Shown piece by piece: positions 54,602 to 63,730 of a DNA stretch of 64,000 nucleotides. Location: positions 12,032 to 76,031 of the forward strand of contig JAAELT010000577.1 in assembly GCA_024226315.1 (NCBI GenBank), in the 5' to 3' direction. A program made the position numbers and the translations under genes. The notes under the pieces were generated by a model. The model saw only the letters and a list, made by a program, of their open reading frames with translations, was not told the DNA's origin and ran no database searches. The stretch comes from a bacterium. GTDB taxonomy: Bacteria > Acidobacteriota > Thermoanaerobaculia > Multivoradales > J023. Position 1 is the stretch's first letter, and every line of letters begins with the position of its first letter.

Positions 54602-57600
54602 ATGAATCCCGCTTCCCTCGCCGTTCGCCGCCCGATCACCACCGCCATGCTGCTGCTCAGCATCCTGCTGTTCGGCGGCATCGCGCTCACGCGCCTGCCG
54701 GTGGAGTTCCTGCCCGAAGTCGACATCCCGTTCATCGCCGTCGAGATCCCCTACGACAACACCAACCCGGCGCAGGTCGAGCGCGAGATCACCAAGCCGG
54801 TGGAGGAGATCCTGGCGACGCTGCCCGGCATCAAGCGGCTGGGCTCGGACTCCAACGCCGACGGCGCCTTCATCTTCCTGGAGTTCAACTGGGGCCACGA
54901 CCTCGACATCGTGCGCATGCAGGTGTCGGAGAAGATGGACCAGGTCGAGGGTGAGCTGCCCGAGCAGATCGGCGAGATCCGGATCTTCTCCTTCAACAGC
55001 TCCGACATCCCGGTAGTCGAGGCGCGCATCTCGGCCGAGGGCGTCGACATGTCGGAGAACTACCAGCTGCTCGAGGCCCGGGTGCTCAACCGCATCCGGC
55101 GCATCCCGGGCGTCGCCAAGGTCGAGCTCGACGGCGTCGAGCCGCGCGAGATCTTCGTCGAGCTGGTGCTCGACAAGGTCAAGGAGCACGGCGTCGACGT
55201 CGGCGAGCTGATCCAGTTGCTGAACGGTGCGTCTTCCAACCTGGTACTGGGCGAGGTCCAGGACGGAGGCCTGCGCTACACCGCCCGCGCCCTGGGCTCG
55301 TTCGAGAGCGTCCAGGAGCTGCGCGAGCTGGTGATCGACGAGCGCGGCCTGCGCCTGGCCGACATCGCCGAGATCAGTTACGAGGAGCCGCCGATCCGCT
55401 ACGGCCGGCACCTGAACCGCAAAGACGCCGTCGCCCTGACCGTGTTCAAGGAGTCCACCGCCAACACCGTCGAGGTGGTCAACGCGGTGATGGGCGTGAT
55501 CGAGAACGACATCGACGGCGACCCCCTGCTGCAGGGCGTCAGCCTGTTCGTGTGGCAGAACCAGGCCGAGCAGATCACGGGCGCCCTCAACGGCCTGACC
55601 CGCGCCGGCTTGATCGGCGCCCTGCTCGCCGTCCTGGTGCTCTACTTCTTCCTGCGCCGCCTTGGCTCGACGCTGATCGTCTCCATGTCGATTCCGTTCT
55701 CGATCATCGCCGCCTGCGGCGTGATGTATTTCATGGGCAAGACCCTGAACGTGCTGTCGATGATGGGATTGATGCTGGGCGTCGGCATGCTGGTCGACAA
55801 CGCCATCGTCATCCTGGAATCGATCGACCGCACCAAGCGCAGCGAGCCGGACCCGAAGAAGGCCGCGCTGAAAGGCACCAAGAGCGTCTCGATGGCGGTC
55901 ATCGCCTCGACCGCGACGTCGCTGATCGTCTTCCTGCCGCTGATCGTTGGGGGCGAGTCCGAGCTCACCGTCTGGCTCGGCGAGGTGGGCATCGCCATCG
56001 CCCTGGCGCTGGTCTGCTCGCTGGTCTCGTCACTGACCCTGATCCCGCTGATGACCAGCCGCTTCCTGCCGGCCGGCAAGTCGAAGCCGATTCCGCTGAT
56101 GGCCCGCACCGAAGACCGCTACGTGCATCTGCTGCACTGGACGCTGCGGCACAAGCTGCGGACCTTCCTGCTGATCGTCGGCGGCGCCGGCTTCGGCTTC
56201 CTGCCGTTCTTCGCCGGCTGGGTGGACATGAGCCAGTTCTCCGGCGCGGTCAACGAGCGCCTCTACCTGGACTACGAGTTCACCGACTTCGTCTACAAGT
56301 CCCAGGCCGAGGACGTGGTCGACGTCGTCGAGCAGCACCTCGAGCCACAGCTCGAGGAGCTGGGCGTCGCCTCGATGTACAGCTTCTACACCTCCAACCG
56401 GGCCGGCACCACGTTGACCCTGGCGCGCAAGGACCTGGGCGACAAGGAGGTCAAGAAGCTGCGCCAGAAGATCCGCGACGGCCTGCCCGAGATCCCGGGC
56501 GTCAAGCTGGCGTTCTTCGAGGACGCTGACTCGGGCGGTGGCTCGACCTACTTCTCGGTCAACTTCTTCGGCCAGGATTCAGGCGTGCTGGCGAAGTTCG
56601 GCGACGAGGCCAAGCGGCGGCTCGAGACCGTCGAGGGCGTGCAGGACATCACCACTTCGTTCGGCAAGAGCCGCAAGGAGATCCAGGTTCAGGTCGACCG
56701 CGACAAAGCGGCGCGCTTAGGGCTGACCGCCCAGGAGGTGGCCGACACCTTCTCCTTCACCCTCGGCAGCTTCCGCCTGCCGCGCTTCAACGACGGCAAG
56801 CGCGAGGTGGAGACCTCGCTCGGGCTGCGCATCGTCGACCGCGAGAACCTGGCGGACCTCAAGGAGATCCCGTTCCGTGACGTCGACGGCCGGCCGGTGA
56901 CCCTGGGCGACGTCGCCACCTTCGAGGTGGTGGAGAAGCCCGAGGAGATCGAGCGCCAGGACCGCAAGGTGCGCGCCGCGGTGCGGGCCACCTACGAGGG
57001 CGAGAACTGGGACGAGGCGCGCGAGGAGATCACCGCCCTGATGGACGCCTTCGACCTGCCGGGCGGCTATTCCTGGTCGTGGAACCGGCGCATGATCGAG
57101 CAGGACCAGCAGGGCGCCGAGATGGGCGTCAACATGCTGCTGGCGCTGGTGCTGATCTACCTGGTGATGGCGTCGCTGTTCGAATCGCTGGCGCAGCCGT
57201 TCTCGATCCTGTTCTCGATCCTCTTCGCCCTGCCCGGCGTTGCCTGGCTGCTGGCCGCCACCGACACGCCTTTCAACCTGATGTCGTGGATCGGCTTCCT
57301 GATCCTGATGGGCATCGTGGTCAACAACGGCATCGTGTTGCTGGATCACATGAACCAGCTGCGCAAGGAAGGCCTGGGCATCGAGGAGTCCATCCTCATG
57401 GCCGGCCGCGACCGCATGCGAGCCGTGCTGATGACCGCCTCGACCACCATCATCGGCCTCCTGCCATTGGCCATCGGCGGCTCCCGTGTCGGCGGCTTGT
57501 TCTACTATCCGCTGGCCATCACCGTCATGGGCGGACTGATGTCCTCGGCGGTGCTGACCCTGGTGGTGCTGCCCTACATCAACTGGAACGTCGAGTTCGT

Positions 57601-57703
57601 GGCGGCGTGGATCCGGCGGCTGTGGCGGGAGTCCGGGGCGGTGCGGTCGCCGCGTCGGGTGGAGTCGGCTCGGCCGGTCGAGACCGTCGAAGTGGTGGGT
57701 TGA
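54602..57703 (+). CDS. RND efflux transporter permease, second of tandem pair (MdtC-like)
   Basis: MNPASLAVRRPITTAMLLLSILLFGGIALTRLPVEFLPEVDIP. About 45% identity to the upstream paralog in conserved blocks. The tandem arrangement is as in MdtABC. Confidence 0.9.
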   Translation: MNPASLAVRRPITTAMLLLSILLFGGIALTRLPVEFLPEVDIPFIAVEIPYDNTNPAQVEREITKPVEEILATLPGIKRLGSDSNADGAFIFLEFNWGHDLDIVRMQVSEKMDQVEGELPEQIGEIRIFSFNSSDIPVVEARISAEGVDMSENYQLLEARVLNRIRRIPGVAKVELDGVEPREIFVELVLDKVKEHGVDVGELIQLLNGASSNLVLGEVQDGGLRYTARALGSFESVQELRELVIDERGLRLADIAEISYEEPPIRYGRHLNRKDAVALTVFKESTANTVEVVNAVMGVIENDIDGDPLLQGVSLFVWQNQAEQITGALNGLTRAGLIGALLAVLVLYFFLRRLGSTLIVSMSIPFSIIAACGVMYFMGKTLNVLSMMGLMLGVGMLVDNAIVILESIDRTKRSEPDPKKAALKGTKSVSMAVIASTATSLIVFLPLIVGGESELTVWLGEVGIAIALALVCSLVSSLTLIPLMTSRFLPAGKSKPIPLMARTEDRYVHLLHWTLRHKLRTFLLIVGGAGFGFLPFFAGWVDMSQFSGAVNERLYLDYEFTDFVYKSQAEDVVDVVEQHLEPQLEELGVASMYSFYTSNRAGTTLTLARKDLGDKEVKKLRQKIRDGLPEIPGVKLAFFEDADSGGGSTYFSVNFFGQDSGVLAKFGDEAKRRLETVEGVQDITTSFGKSRKEIQVQVDRDKAARLGLTAQEVADTFSFTLGSFRLPRFNDGKREVETSLGLRIVDRENLADLKEIPFRDVDGRPVTLGDVATFEVVEKPEEIERQDRKVRAAVRATYEGENWDEAREEITALMDAFDLPGGYSWSWNRRMIEQDQQGAEMGVNMLLALVLIYLVMASLFESLAQPFSILFSILFALPGVAWLLAATDTPFNLMSWIGFLILMGIVVNNGIVLLDHMNQLRKEGLGIEESILMAGRDRMRAVLMTASTTIIGLLPLAIGGSRVGGLFYYPLAITVMGGLMSSAVLTLVVLPYINWNVEFVAAWIRRLWRESGAVRSPRRVESARPVETVEVVG

Positions 57704-57881
57704 GTTTCACTCGCCCTGAGTCTCCCAGCCCGAGAGCTCGTCTCCCAGCCCCTGCCCTCGCTGTAGGCCTCGGCCCGCAGCTCGGGCTCGTCCTGACTGT
57801 AGGGCACCAGTTCGCCTAAACGCCGTTTCGAACTCGTACGTATTGGCAGGTGTACCGGGTGTTCGATTTCAGGAGTCGTAG

Positions 57882-59999
57882 ATGCTCGATGAGGTGCTAC
57901 CGGCGACACGATCCGGCGGTGTACGCTGCTCGAAGGGGCGGTCTCACCGTGGCGGTCTGCTCCTCGTCTGCGCCCTCCTGACGCAGCCAGCGTCGGCGGG
58001 GGCTCGAGAGGAACAGAGCGCGCCAGTCGTGCCGCCCGCTATCCAGCACCTACACAGCGCCCATCGGCTGATAGAGCTCGGTCTTCCGGACTTCGCCTTG
58101 GAGCATCTCCTGGAGATCGATCACGAGGTTCTGCCCGAGAGTGGTCTCTCGCCTTACACCGCGCAGATCGCGTATCTCGCCGCGAGACTCGACGTCCTCG
58201 GCGAGGCGCTCGAAACTCTCACCGCGTCGAACCTGACCGCCGAGCGTCTGCGGCCCTTCGCCGCCACCTGGAACGCCAGGGCCGTGGTCGCGATTCGCGA
58301 CGGCCGGGTTTCCGAGGCGCTCGAGGCCTGGGACCAGAGCCTCGAGCGCGAGCCATCGTTCGGAGAGCGACGTACGATCTTCCGGTCGGCGATCGCGCGG
58401 ATCGGGAACACGGACGCGGGATACATCGAGGTTGACCCGGAGGTCCAGGGAGGTGCCTTGAGGTCGTTCTTGGAGACCTGGGGCAAGCGCACTTCTTTGG
58501 GGCTCGACCCCGAGGTGGTCGAGCTTCTCTTCGCCCTAGAGAAGAAGCTGGACCCCGAAGGCCCTGACGCGCAGCTCTGGGCCGAACGCTATCTCACGCT
58601 CACCCAGGCGACTCCGCTCGCCCTCTATCGCCGGGGGGCTCTGGAGATGGCGCGCAGGCAACCGGACATGGCCTTGCCCTGGTTTCTCTGGGCGGCTCAT
58701 ACGGACAAGTTCGCATCGGACCTGTCGCCGAAGAGTTGGAGATCCCTCGCAGTGGTTTACAGAGAGCTCGGATGGTGCGATCGAGCCGCCGAGGCGTGGG
58801 AGCTCGCCCTGGCGCAGGGACGGCCTCCGTGCCAGCCGGCGGCAAGGCGCTCGACGAATTTCGAGGAGTGCGTCGACTGGCACGACCAACTTCTGGCCTA
58901 TTCGCCGGAGCGAATGATCGTCTTCTGGCGCGGCAGCTGGCAGGATTCCGTGCCCGACCTGCACATCTGGAGGAGTCGATGCCGCTGGCCCGAGCCCAGT
59001 CCGTTCGCGCACATGTCCGACTCGTACGATTGCAGCCGCAATCGGCGACCTCGCCTGGCGGAAAGGCAGCTGGATCGCCAGGGGCCCGGGAGTTTTCCCA
59101 CTCGCCTGCTTTGCGCCCTGAACCAGGCGAAGCTCATGTTCCCGGCGCTCGGTCGTCGCTTCGACGACGAGCTCCTAACGCGTAGGCTCTCAGAGGTGCC
59201 CGCCGACCAGCGCTCGAGCTTGTGGGAGGCGAGGGCTCTCTTCAGCCTGCGACAGGGTGATGTGGACCAGGCGATGGCCTACTTCTGGAACGTTCTCGAG
59301 CACGATCCATTCGCGCGGCGGAAGCGCGACCGTTGGAGAAGGTTCTCGCGTGGTCTGTCGAGAAGTCCGGTGGCGCGAGGAGATCGGGTCGCGAGGTTCT
59401 TGCGCGACACGTTCGACCACCATGTGAGCACCGAGGAGCGGCCTGGCCTCTACCGGGTCCATCTCGCCACCCATCTGAGGAGAGTGGCTCCGAGCTCGAG
59501 CATCACCCTGCGCTTGGTCGACGAGATTCTGAGCTCGCCGTTGCCCCATGACGGATCCCTCTCGATGTTCCGGACGACGATCGAGCTCGACCTCGATCGC
59601 CCCGCGGACGCGCTTCCCCACCTGCTGCAGGCCTACGAGGAGCTCGGAACGCGTGAGCTCCCTGCCTTGCAGCCCGACCGGGGGAGGTACCGTGAGATCG
59701 CGGGGACGTTGGTGAGCGTCTACAGCCGTTTGCGTTGGTGGGATTTGGCCCTGGACATCGCGGCGACGCTCGATTCCGAGATTCCCGAGCTGTCGGCTCT
59801 CGATCCGGCGGATATTCTCGAATCGAGCTTGCCGGAACAGTGCCGTGCCCTGCGGTCGCGATTGGAGAAGGGACGTGGTGCCAGCCTGATTCGGACCGAA
59901 GGTGAATGGCATCGGGAGCGTCTGAGAATCCTGGCCGAGTGGGAGGGTGCATGTACTTCGCTGCGGCCGGCAGAGCGAGAATCCTCTCCCGCGTCGTAG
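57882..59999 (+). CDS. hypothetical protein (705 aa, N-terminal signal-like segment, helical/TPR-like). It is cargo of the first insertion module downstream of the RND gene.
   Basis: Long ORF with coding bias. LLLVCALLTQPASAGA is signal-like. It lies between the RND gene stop and the duplicated RND 3'-end copy. No family recognised. Confidence 0.5.
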   Translation: MLDEVLPATRSGGVRCSKGRSHRGGLLLVCALLTQPASAGAREEQSAPVVPPAIQHLHSAHRLIELGLPDFALEHLLEIDHEVLPESGLSPYTAQIAYLAARLDVLGEALETLTASNLTAERLRPFAATWNARAVVAIRDGRVSEALEAWDQSLEREPSFGERRTIFRSAIARIGNTDAGYIEVDPEVQGGALRSFLETWGKRTSLGLDPEVVELLFALEKKLDPEGPDAQLWAERYLTLTQATPLALYRRGALEMARRQPDMALPWFLWAAHTDKFASDLSPKSWRSLAVVYRELGWCDRAAEAWELALAQGRPPCQPAARRSTNFEECVDWHDQLLAYSPERMIVFWRGSWQDSVPDLHIWRSRCRWPEPSPFAHMSDSYDCSRNRRPRLAERQLDRQGPGSFPTRLLCALNQAKLMFPALGRRFDDELLTRRLSEVPADQRSSLWEARALFSLRQGDVDQAMAYFWNVLEHDPFARRKRDRWRRFSRGLSRSPVARGDRVARFLRDTFDHHVSTEERPGLYRVHLATHLRRVAPSSSITLRLVDEILSSPLPHDGSLSMFRTTIELDLDRPADALPHLLQAYEELGTRELPALQPDRGRYREIAGTLVSVYSRLRWWDLALDIAATLDSEIPELSALDPADILESSLPEQCRALRSRLEKGRGASLIRTEGEWHRERLRILAEWEGACTSLRPAERESSPAS

Positions 60000-60088
60000 G
60001 CTTCGCGGGGCGCGGACGCCCGATGGGTGAACCTCGGCGACCAGGACCTCGCTCGGGGCGCCTCGAATCGCCGACGTAATGAGTCGCC

Positions 60089-60338
60089 GGCCTCCTGCCC
60101 CTGGCCCTGGGCGGCTCCCGTGTCGGCGGGCTGTTCTACTACCCGCTGGCGATCACCGTCATGGGCGGGTTGATGTCCTCCGCGGTGCTGACCCTGGTGG
60201 TGCTGACCTACATCAACTGGATCGTCGAGTTCGTGGCGGAGTGGCTGAAGCGGCTGTGGCGGGAGTCGGGGGTGGTGCGGGCTCCGCGTCGGGCGGAGCC
60301 GGCGCCGGTAGGCGAGACCGTCGAGGCGGTGGGGTGAG
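60089..60338 (+). repeat. diverged copy (about 250 bp, roughly 88% identity, in-frame, with stop) of the 3' end of the second RND gene (original 57455..57703)
   Basis: The alignment is in frame. The copy encodes LLPLALGGSRVGGLFYYPLAITVMGGLMSSAVLTLVVLTYINWIVEFVAEWLKRLWRESGVVRAPRRAEPAPVGETVEAVG* against the original GLLPLAIGGSRVGGLFYYPLAITVMGGLMSSAVLTLVVLPYINWNVEFVAAWIRRLWRESGAVRSPRRVESARPVETVEVVG*. Confidence 0.8.
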
Positions 60339-60367
60339 CCGCTGAGCGCCTGTGATCGCGAATCCGA

Positions 60368-60607
60368 TCAAGCCTGCTCGTAGGCGCTCAAGAAGTCGTC
60401 TCTGGTGATCTTCGACTGTCTCAAGATGGTCCGGAGGGTGGACGCCTTGAGGCGGCGATGGTTGGGCATCGTCAGAGGCGTTTTCGTGCCGTCTGCATTC
60501 TCGCGAACCATGGCGATGTGGTTGCCTTCGCGGACGATCACGAAGCCGACTGACCCCAGCGCTTTGACGACCCGCTTCTTCGGGGCATCGACGGGGAACT
60601 TCGGCAT
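60368..60607 (-). CDS. hicA: HicA-family mRNA interferase toxin
   Basis: MPKFPVDAPKKRVVKALGSVGFVIVREGNHIAMVRENADGTKTPLTMPNHRRLKASTLRTILRQSKITRDDFLSAYEQA matches the YcfA/HicA consensus (GSH-like segment EGNH, trailing helical region). Confidence 0.7.
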   Translation of the reverse strand: MPKFPVDAPKKRVVKALGSVGFVIVREGNHIAMVRENADGTKTPLTMPNHRRLKASTLRTILRQSKITRDDFLSAYEQA

Positions 60608-60832
60608 CTAGACCGCGACGGCCATCTCGGCAACGAAGACCTCGCTGGCCTCGTCTTCTTCCTCGAGGACTTCTCGGCCGAAGGTCTCTACGTGGAACTC
60701 GATGGCGGACTTCGCATCCGCTAGCGCCTCTTCGTACGTGTCGCCTTCAGCAACCACGACTCCTTTGAGCCCGACCGGATAGGCGACATAGCCGTCGGCG
60801 TGTTTCTCGACAATGATCTTGATGTTCTTGAC
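60608..60832 (-). CDS. hicB: HicB-family antitoxin (UPF0150)
   Basis: GTG start preceded by a GGAGGAG RBS. VKNIKIIVEKHADGYVAYPVGLKGVVVAEGDTYEEALADAKSAIEFHVE. The stop abuts the hicA ATG. The ORF-track entry extends upstream without support. Confidence 0.65.
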   Translation of the reverse strand, partial: VKNIKIIVEKHADGYVAYPVGLKGVVVAEGDTYEEALADAKSAIEFHVETFGREVLEEEDEASEVFVAEMAVAV

Positions 60833-60863
60833 CACTGGGGAACTCCTCCGGTTGGAAGGCGTG

Positions 60864-61136
60864 CTAATTGCGCTGAGTAGCCCGGTGGGCATCGGCGAGA
60901 TCCTGCTCGAGCTCTTCCGGGGCCTCTCCGAAGGGGGAGAGGCCATAGCGACTCAACAAGAAGAGGAAGGTGAAACGAGGCATCCCGGCGAGGCTGGCCG
61001 CCAGCCCCGTGCTCAGCCGTCCCGTCTTGTAGAGCTGCAATGCCAGCAGGAGGGGAGCCTCCGCCTCGAACTCCTCGGGCTCCTGCTGGAGAGCCCACAA
61101 GACTTCGGATGGGTAGTCGATGGTGAGGGTCTTCAT
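60864..61136 (-). CDS. UPF0175-family small HTH protein (antitoxin-type) without adjacent PIN partner
   Basis: MKTLTIDYPSEVLWALQQEPEEFEAEAPLLLALQLYKTGRLSTGLAASLAGMPRFTFLFLLSRYGLSPFGEAPEELEQDLADA is a UPF0175 match (LS.G.AA.LAGM.R..F...L...G). Confidence 0.5.
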   Translation of the reverse strand: MKTLTIDYPSEVLWALQQEPEEFEAEAPLLLALQLYKTGRLSTGLAASLAGMPRFTFLFLLSRYGLSPFGEAPEELEQDLADAHRATQRN

Positions 61137-61458
61137 CGACAGAGAGCCTATCACCCCAGGGTGCGGGGAGCCCGACGGCTCCCCGCGCGGGGCACTGACT
61201 TCAGTCGGCCCAGAGATAGCTCTAAAGGTGCCGGCCGAATCGGCAGAAGTTGCGGCGGGTCGTCCGGCAGTTAGTCTTAGGGTCGGCTGGGGTACGCCGC
61301 CTTCAGCTGCTTGCGCACCTTGGCGAGGCCCCGGACACGGCAAGGCGGCGAGGCCGGATACTTCTGTGAGACCACTCGACAAGGGGATCTTCTGCACGAC
61401 CCCGGTCTCCTTGTCCACCCTCAGCAGCACGCCGTTTGAAGGGGCGGTCGCGGCCCAG

Positions 61459-61740
61459 AGGGTGCCGTCGCTGAGCGCGGCTGTACATGATGTCAATGCA
61501 TCCGTTGTCACCGACCGGGGTCAAGTCTCCATTCCGGCTCATCTCCGCAAAGAGCTCGCTTTGACCAAGGGCCAACGCCTTCTCTGGCGGAAGACAGGTG
61601 AGCGCGAGCTCCGGATCGTAGTTCTCGAGCCTCCGGCACCCCGTGGCGCCCAGGCCATGCGCGGTTTCGCCCGACGATTCCGCGCCGAGCCTCGGACGAC
61701 GGCCGAGTGGATGGCTGAGCTGCGGGCAGGCGAGAGCTGA
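61459..61740 (+). CDS. vapB: VapB-type antitoxin (AbrB/MazE/SpoVT swapped-hairpin domain), GTG start
   Basis: SVVTDRGQVSIPAHLRKELALTKGQRLLWRKTGERELRIVVL is the SpoVT/AbrB fold signature. Its stop overlaps the vapC ATG (ATGA). The exact start is uncertain. Confidence 0.55.
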   Translation, partial: RVPSLSAAVHDVNASVVTDRGQVSIPAHLRKELALTKGQRLLWRKTGERELRIVVLEPPAPRGAQAMRGFARRFRAEPRTTAEWMAELRAGES

Positions 61741-62207
61741 TGACCTGGGTGGTCGACACCTGCATGTTGATCGACATTCTGGAGGACGATCCGAGGTTTG
61801 GCGAGGCTTCGGCTCAGTTCTTCGATCACCACACCAGCGATGGTCTGGTCGTCTGCCCGGTGACCTACGCCGAGCTGGCACCCGCCTTCCGAGGCAACCT
61901 GACTCTTCAAGACGAATTCCTCGATGGTATTGGAGTCGACTGCCGAGAGGATTGGGTCCGGCAGGACACTCTCAAAGCGCATGAAGCCTGGAGTGCTCAC
62001 ATCCGGCGGCGGCGTGGCGGCCAAGCGCCCAAGCGGCCTCTGGCCGACATCCTGATCGGCAGCTTCGCCCTCCGCTTCCAGGGCTTGATGACTAGAAATC
62101 CGGACGGTTTTCGGACCGCCTTCCCCTCTCTCGAGCTTCGAGTTCCAATCGTCCCGGAGAACGATGATCTTGCAGCTGATCAGGACCGGGACGCTCCCCA
62201 GCCTTGA
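61740..62207 (+). CDS. vapC: VapC-type PIN-domain toxin
   Basis: MTWVVDTCMLIDILEDDP (first Asp). Conserved acidic residues lie in LVVCPVTYAEL and ADILIGSFAL. PIN-like size and architecture. Confidence 0.75.
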   Translation: MTWVVDTCMLIDILEDDPRFGEASAQFFDHHTSDGLVVCPVTYAELAPAFRGNLTLQDEFLDGIGVDCREDWVRQDTLKAHEAWSAHIRRRRGGQAPKRPLADILIGSFALRFQGLMTRNPDGFRTAFPSLELRVPIVPENDDLAADQDRDAPQP

Positions 62208-62277
62208 GCCACTCCGTGACGCGATCGTCGAGCTCGGCCAGGCAGTCGGCGTCCCAGGTGACCGGCTTGTCGCGGCG

Positions 62278-62343
62278 GCCGTCTCGGCAGGTGCGGGCTC
62301 CGCGTCGGGTGGAGCCGACTCGGCCGGTCGAGACCGTCGAAGC
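62278..62343 (+). repeat. third, short (about 66 bp) copy of the extreme 3' end of the RND gene, including stop
   Basis: ggtgcgggctccgcgtcgggtggagccgactcggccggtcgagaccgtcgaagcggtggggtga aligns with 57640-57703 and with 60275-60338. Confidence 0.65.
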
Positions 62344-62482
62344 GGTGGGGTGAGCGACGTCTGATCGAGCCTTCGCGGCCTCCCGAGCTTCCGCGACCGC
62401 TACGGGTTCTGCTAGACTTCCTCACGAAGGGTCACGCCGCAACGCGGTGTGAGACGGACAACGGCAGGACCAGGAAAGCATC

Positions 62483-63091
62483 ATGCCTCCATCGACACCG
62501 AGCCCCTCGACGGTCGCGTACCTGCACGCGCATGGTTTGCAGGTCACTCCGGAGCAGTTGGACGGCCTGGTCCAGGAGGCGATCGACCGTCTGCAGCAAG
62601 AGCTCTTTCGCTCCGATCCGCGGCGCGAGCTCTCCCGGGAGGAGATCGAGATCCTGGAGGCCGGAGGATTCGACCTCGAGCCCGTCGACCTGGGCGGCGA
62701 GGATCCCCTCGCGCGAGCGGCGGCGCTCTATTCCGGGCTGCTCAAGACCAGTCTCGACACCGCCGCCGCGGCGCGGCTGCTGGGAGTCGATCCGAGCCGC
62801 ATACGGCATCGGTTGACGTCTCGTCCGCCGAGCCTCTACGGAATCCGTCTCGGGTCGGGGTGGCGCCTGCCGCGCTTCCAGTTCGACGGCGAGAGACTCG
62901 TTCCCGGCATCGGCGAGGTGGTGGCGGAGCTCGATCCCGAGCTCCATCCCGCGACAGTCCACAACTGGTTCGTCTCGTCCAATCCAGACCTCGTGGCCGA
63001 GAGCCTCGCCGAAGGGCTGCTGAGCCCGCGCGACTGGCTGTGTCACGGATTCCCGCCGCGAGCCGTCGCCGCGCTGGCGAGGCATCTGTAG
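62483..63091 (+). CDS. putative Xre/MbcA/ParS-like antitoxin partner of the RES toxin (HTH-containing)
   Basis: Lies immediately upstream of the RES gene (15-bp gap). HTH-like AAARLLGVDPSRIRHRLTSRPPSLYGIRLGSGWRLPRF. The gene-order convention is antitoxin then RES. Confidence 0.45.
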   Translation: MPPSTPSPSTVAYLHAHGLQVTPEQLDGLVQEAIDRLQQELFRSDPRRELSREEIEILEAGGFDLEPVDLGGEDPLARAAALYSGLLKTSLDTAAAARLLGVDPSRIRHRLTSRPPSLYGIRLGSGWRLPRFQFDGERLVPGIGEVVAELDPELHPATVHNWFVSSNPDLVAESLAEGLLSPRDWLCHGFPPRAVAALARHL

Positions 63092-63106
63092 CCAGATTCG
63101 ACGCAG

Positions 63107-63730
63107 GTGCCCAGGTTTCCGGAGCCGCCGACGGACGCGGAGCTGGCCGAAAGCTCGCCCGAGCGGAAGATTCTGCCGGCCGGCACCCTGCTCTGGCGCG
63201 TGTACTTCCGGGGCGGAGATCATCCGACGTACTGGGATACCTTCCGCTCGTTCGGCCCCACGACCGGCCGGTTCGATCATCACCCGCCGCCGTCTTCGGT
63301 GCAGGAGCGGAGAATCTTGTACAGCGCCGAGCAGGGCCTGACCTGCCTCGCGGAAGTGTTTCAGGACAGCAGGATCATCGATCGAACGGCTCGCAAACCG
63401 TGGATCGTCGCCTTCCGCACCCGGCAGGACCTGACGCTGCTCGATCTGACGGGCGACTGGCCGACGCGAGCCGGCGCCTCCATGGTCATCAGCTCCGGGC
63501 CGCGGCCTCGGGCGCAGCGTTGGTCGCGAGCGATCTACTCCGCGTTCGCGGACGTCGACGGGCTCTACTACCCCTCTTCCATGGCGGCCAGCCGCCCTGC
63601 TCTGGCGCTCTACGAGCGCGCCGGGTCGGCGATACCCACCGCTCCTGCCTTTCACCGGCCGCTGTCGGATCCCACGCTGCTCACGTTGCTGCGCAACGCG
63701 GCGCGGGATCTGGGCTATGCCGTGCTTTGA
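63107..63730 (+). CDS. RES-domain toxin (NAD+-targeting RES family)
   Basis: LWRVYFRGGDHP...GRFDHHPP (R). ILYSAEQGLTCLAEVF (E). WIVAFRTRQDLTLLDLT (S). Order and spacing match the RES consensus. Confidence 0.75.
   Translation: MPRFPEPPTDAELAESSPERKILPAGTLLWRVYFRGGDHPTYWDTFRSFGPTTGRFDHHPPPSSVQERRILYSAEQGLTCLAEVFQDSRIIDRTARKPWIVAFRTRQDLTLLDLTGDWPTRAGASMVISSGPRPRAQRWSRAIYSAFADVDGLYYPSSMAASRPALALYERAGSAIPTAPAFHRPLSDPTLLTLLRNAARDLGYAVL

Noticed and set aside
53705-55411. 568-aa minus-strand ORF across the RND genes
   Set aside because: Antisense artefact. The RND permease frames are unambiguous.
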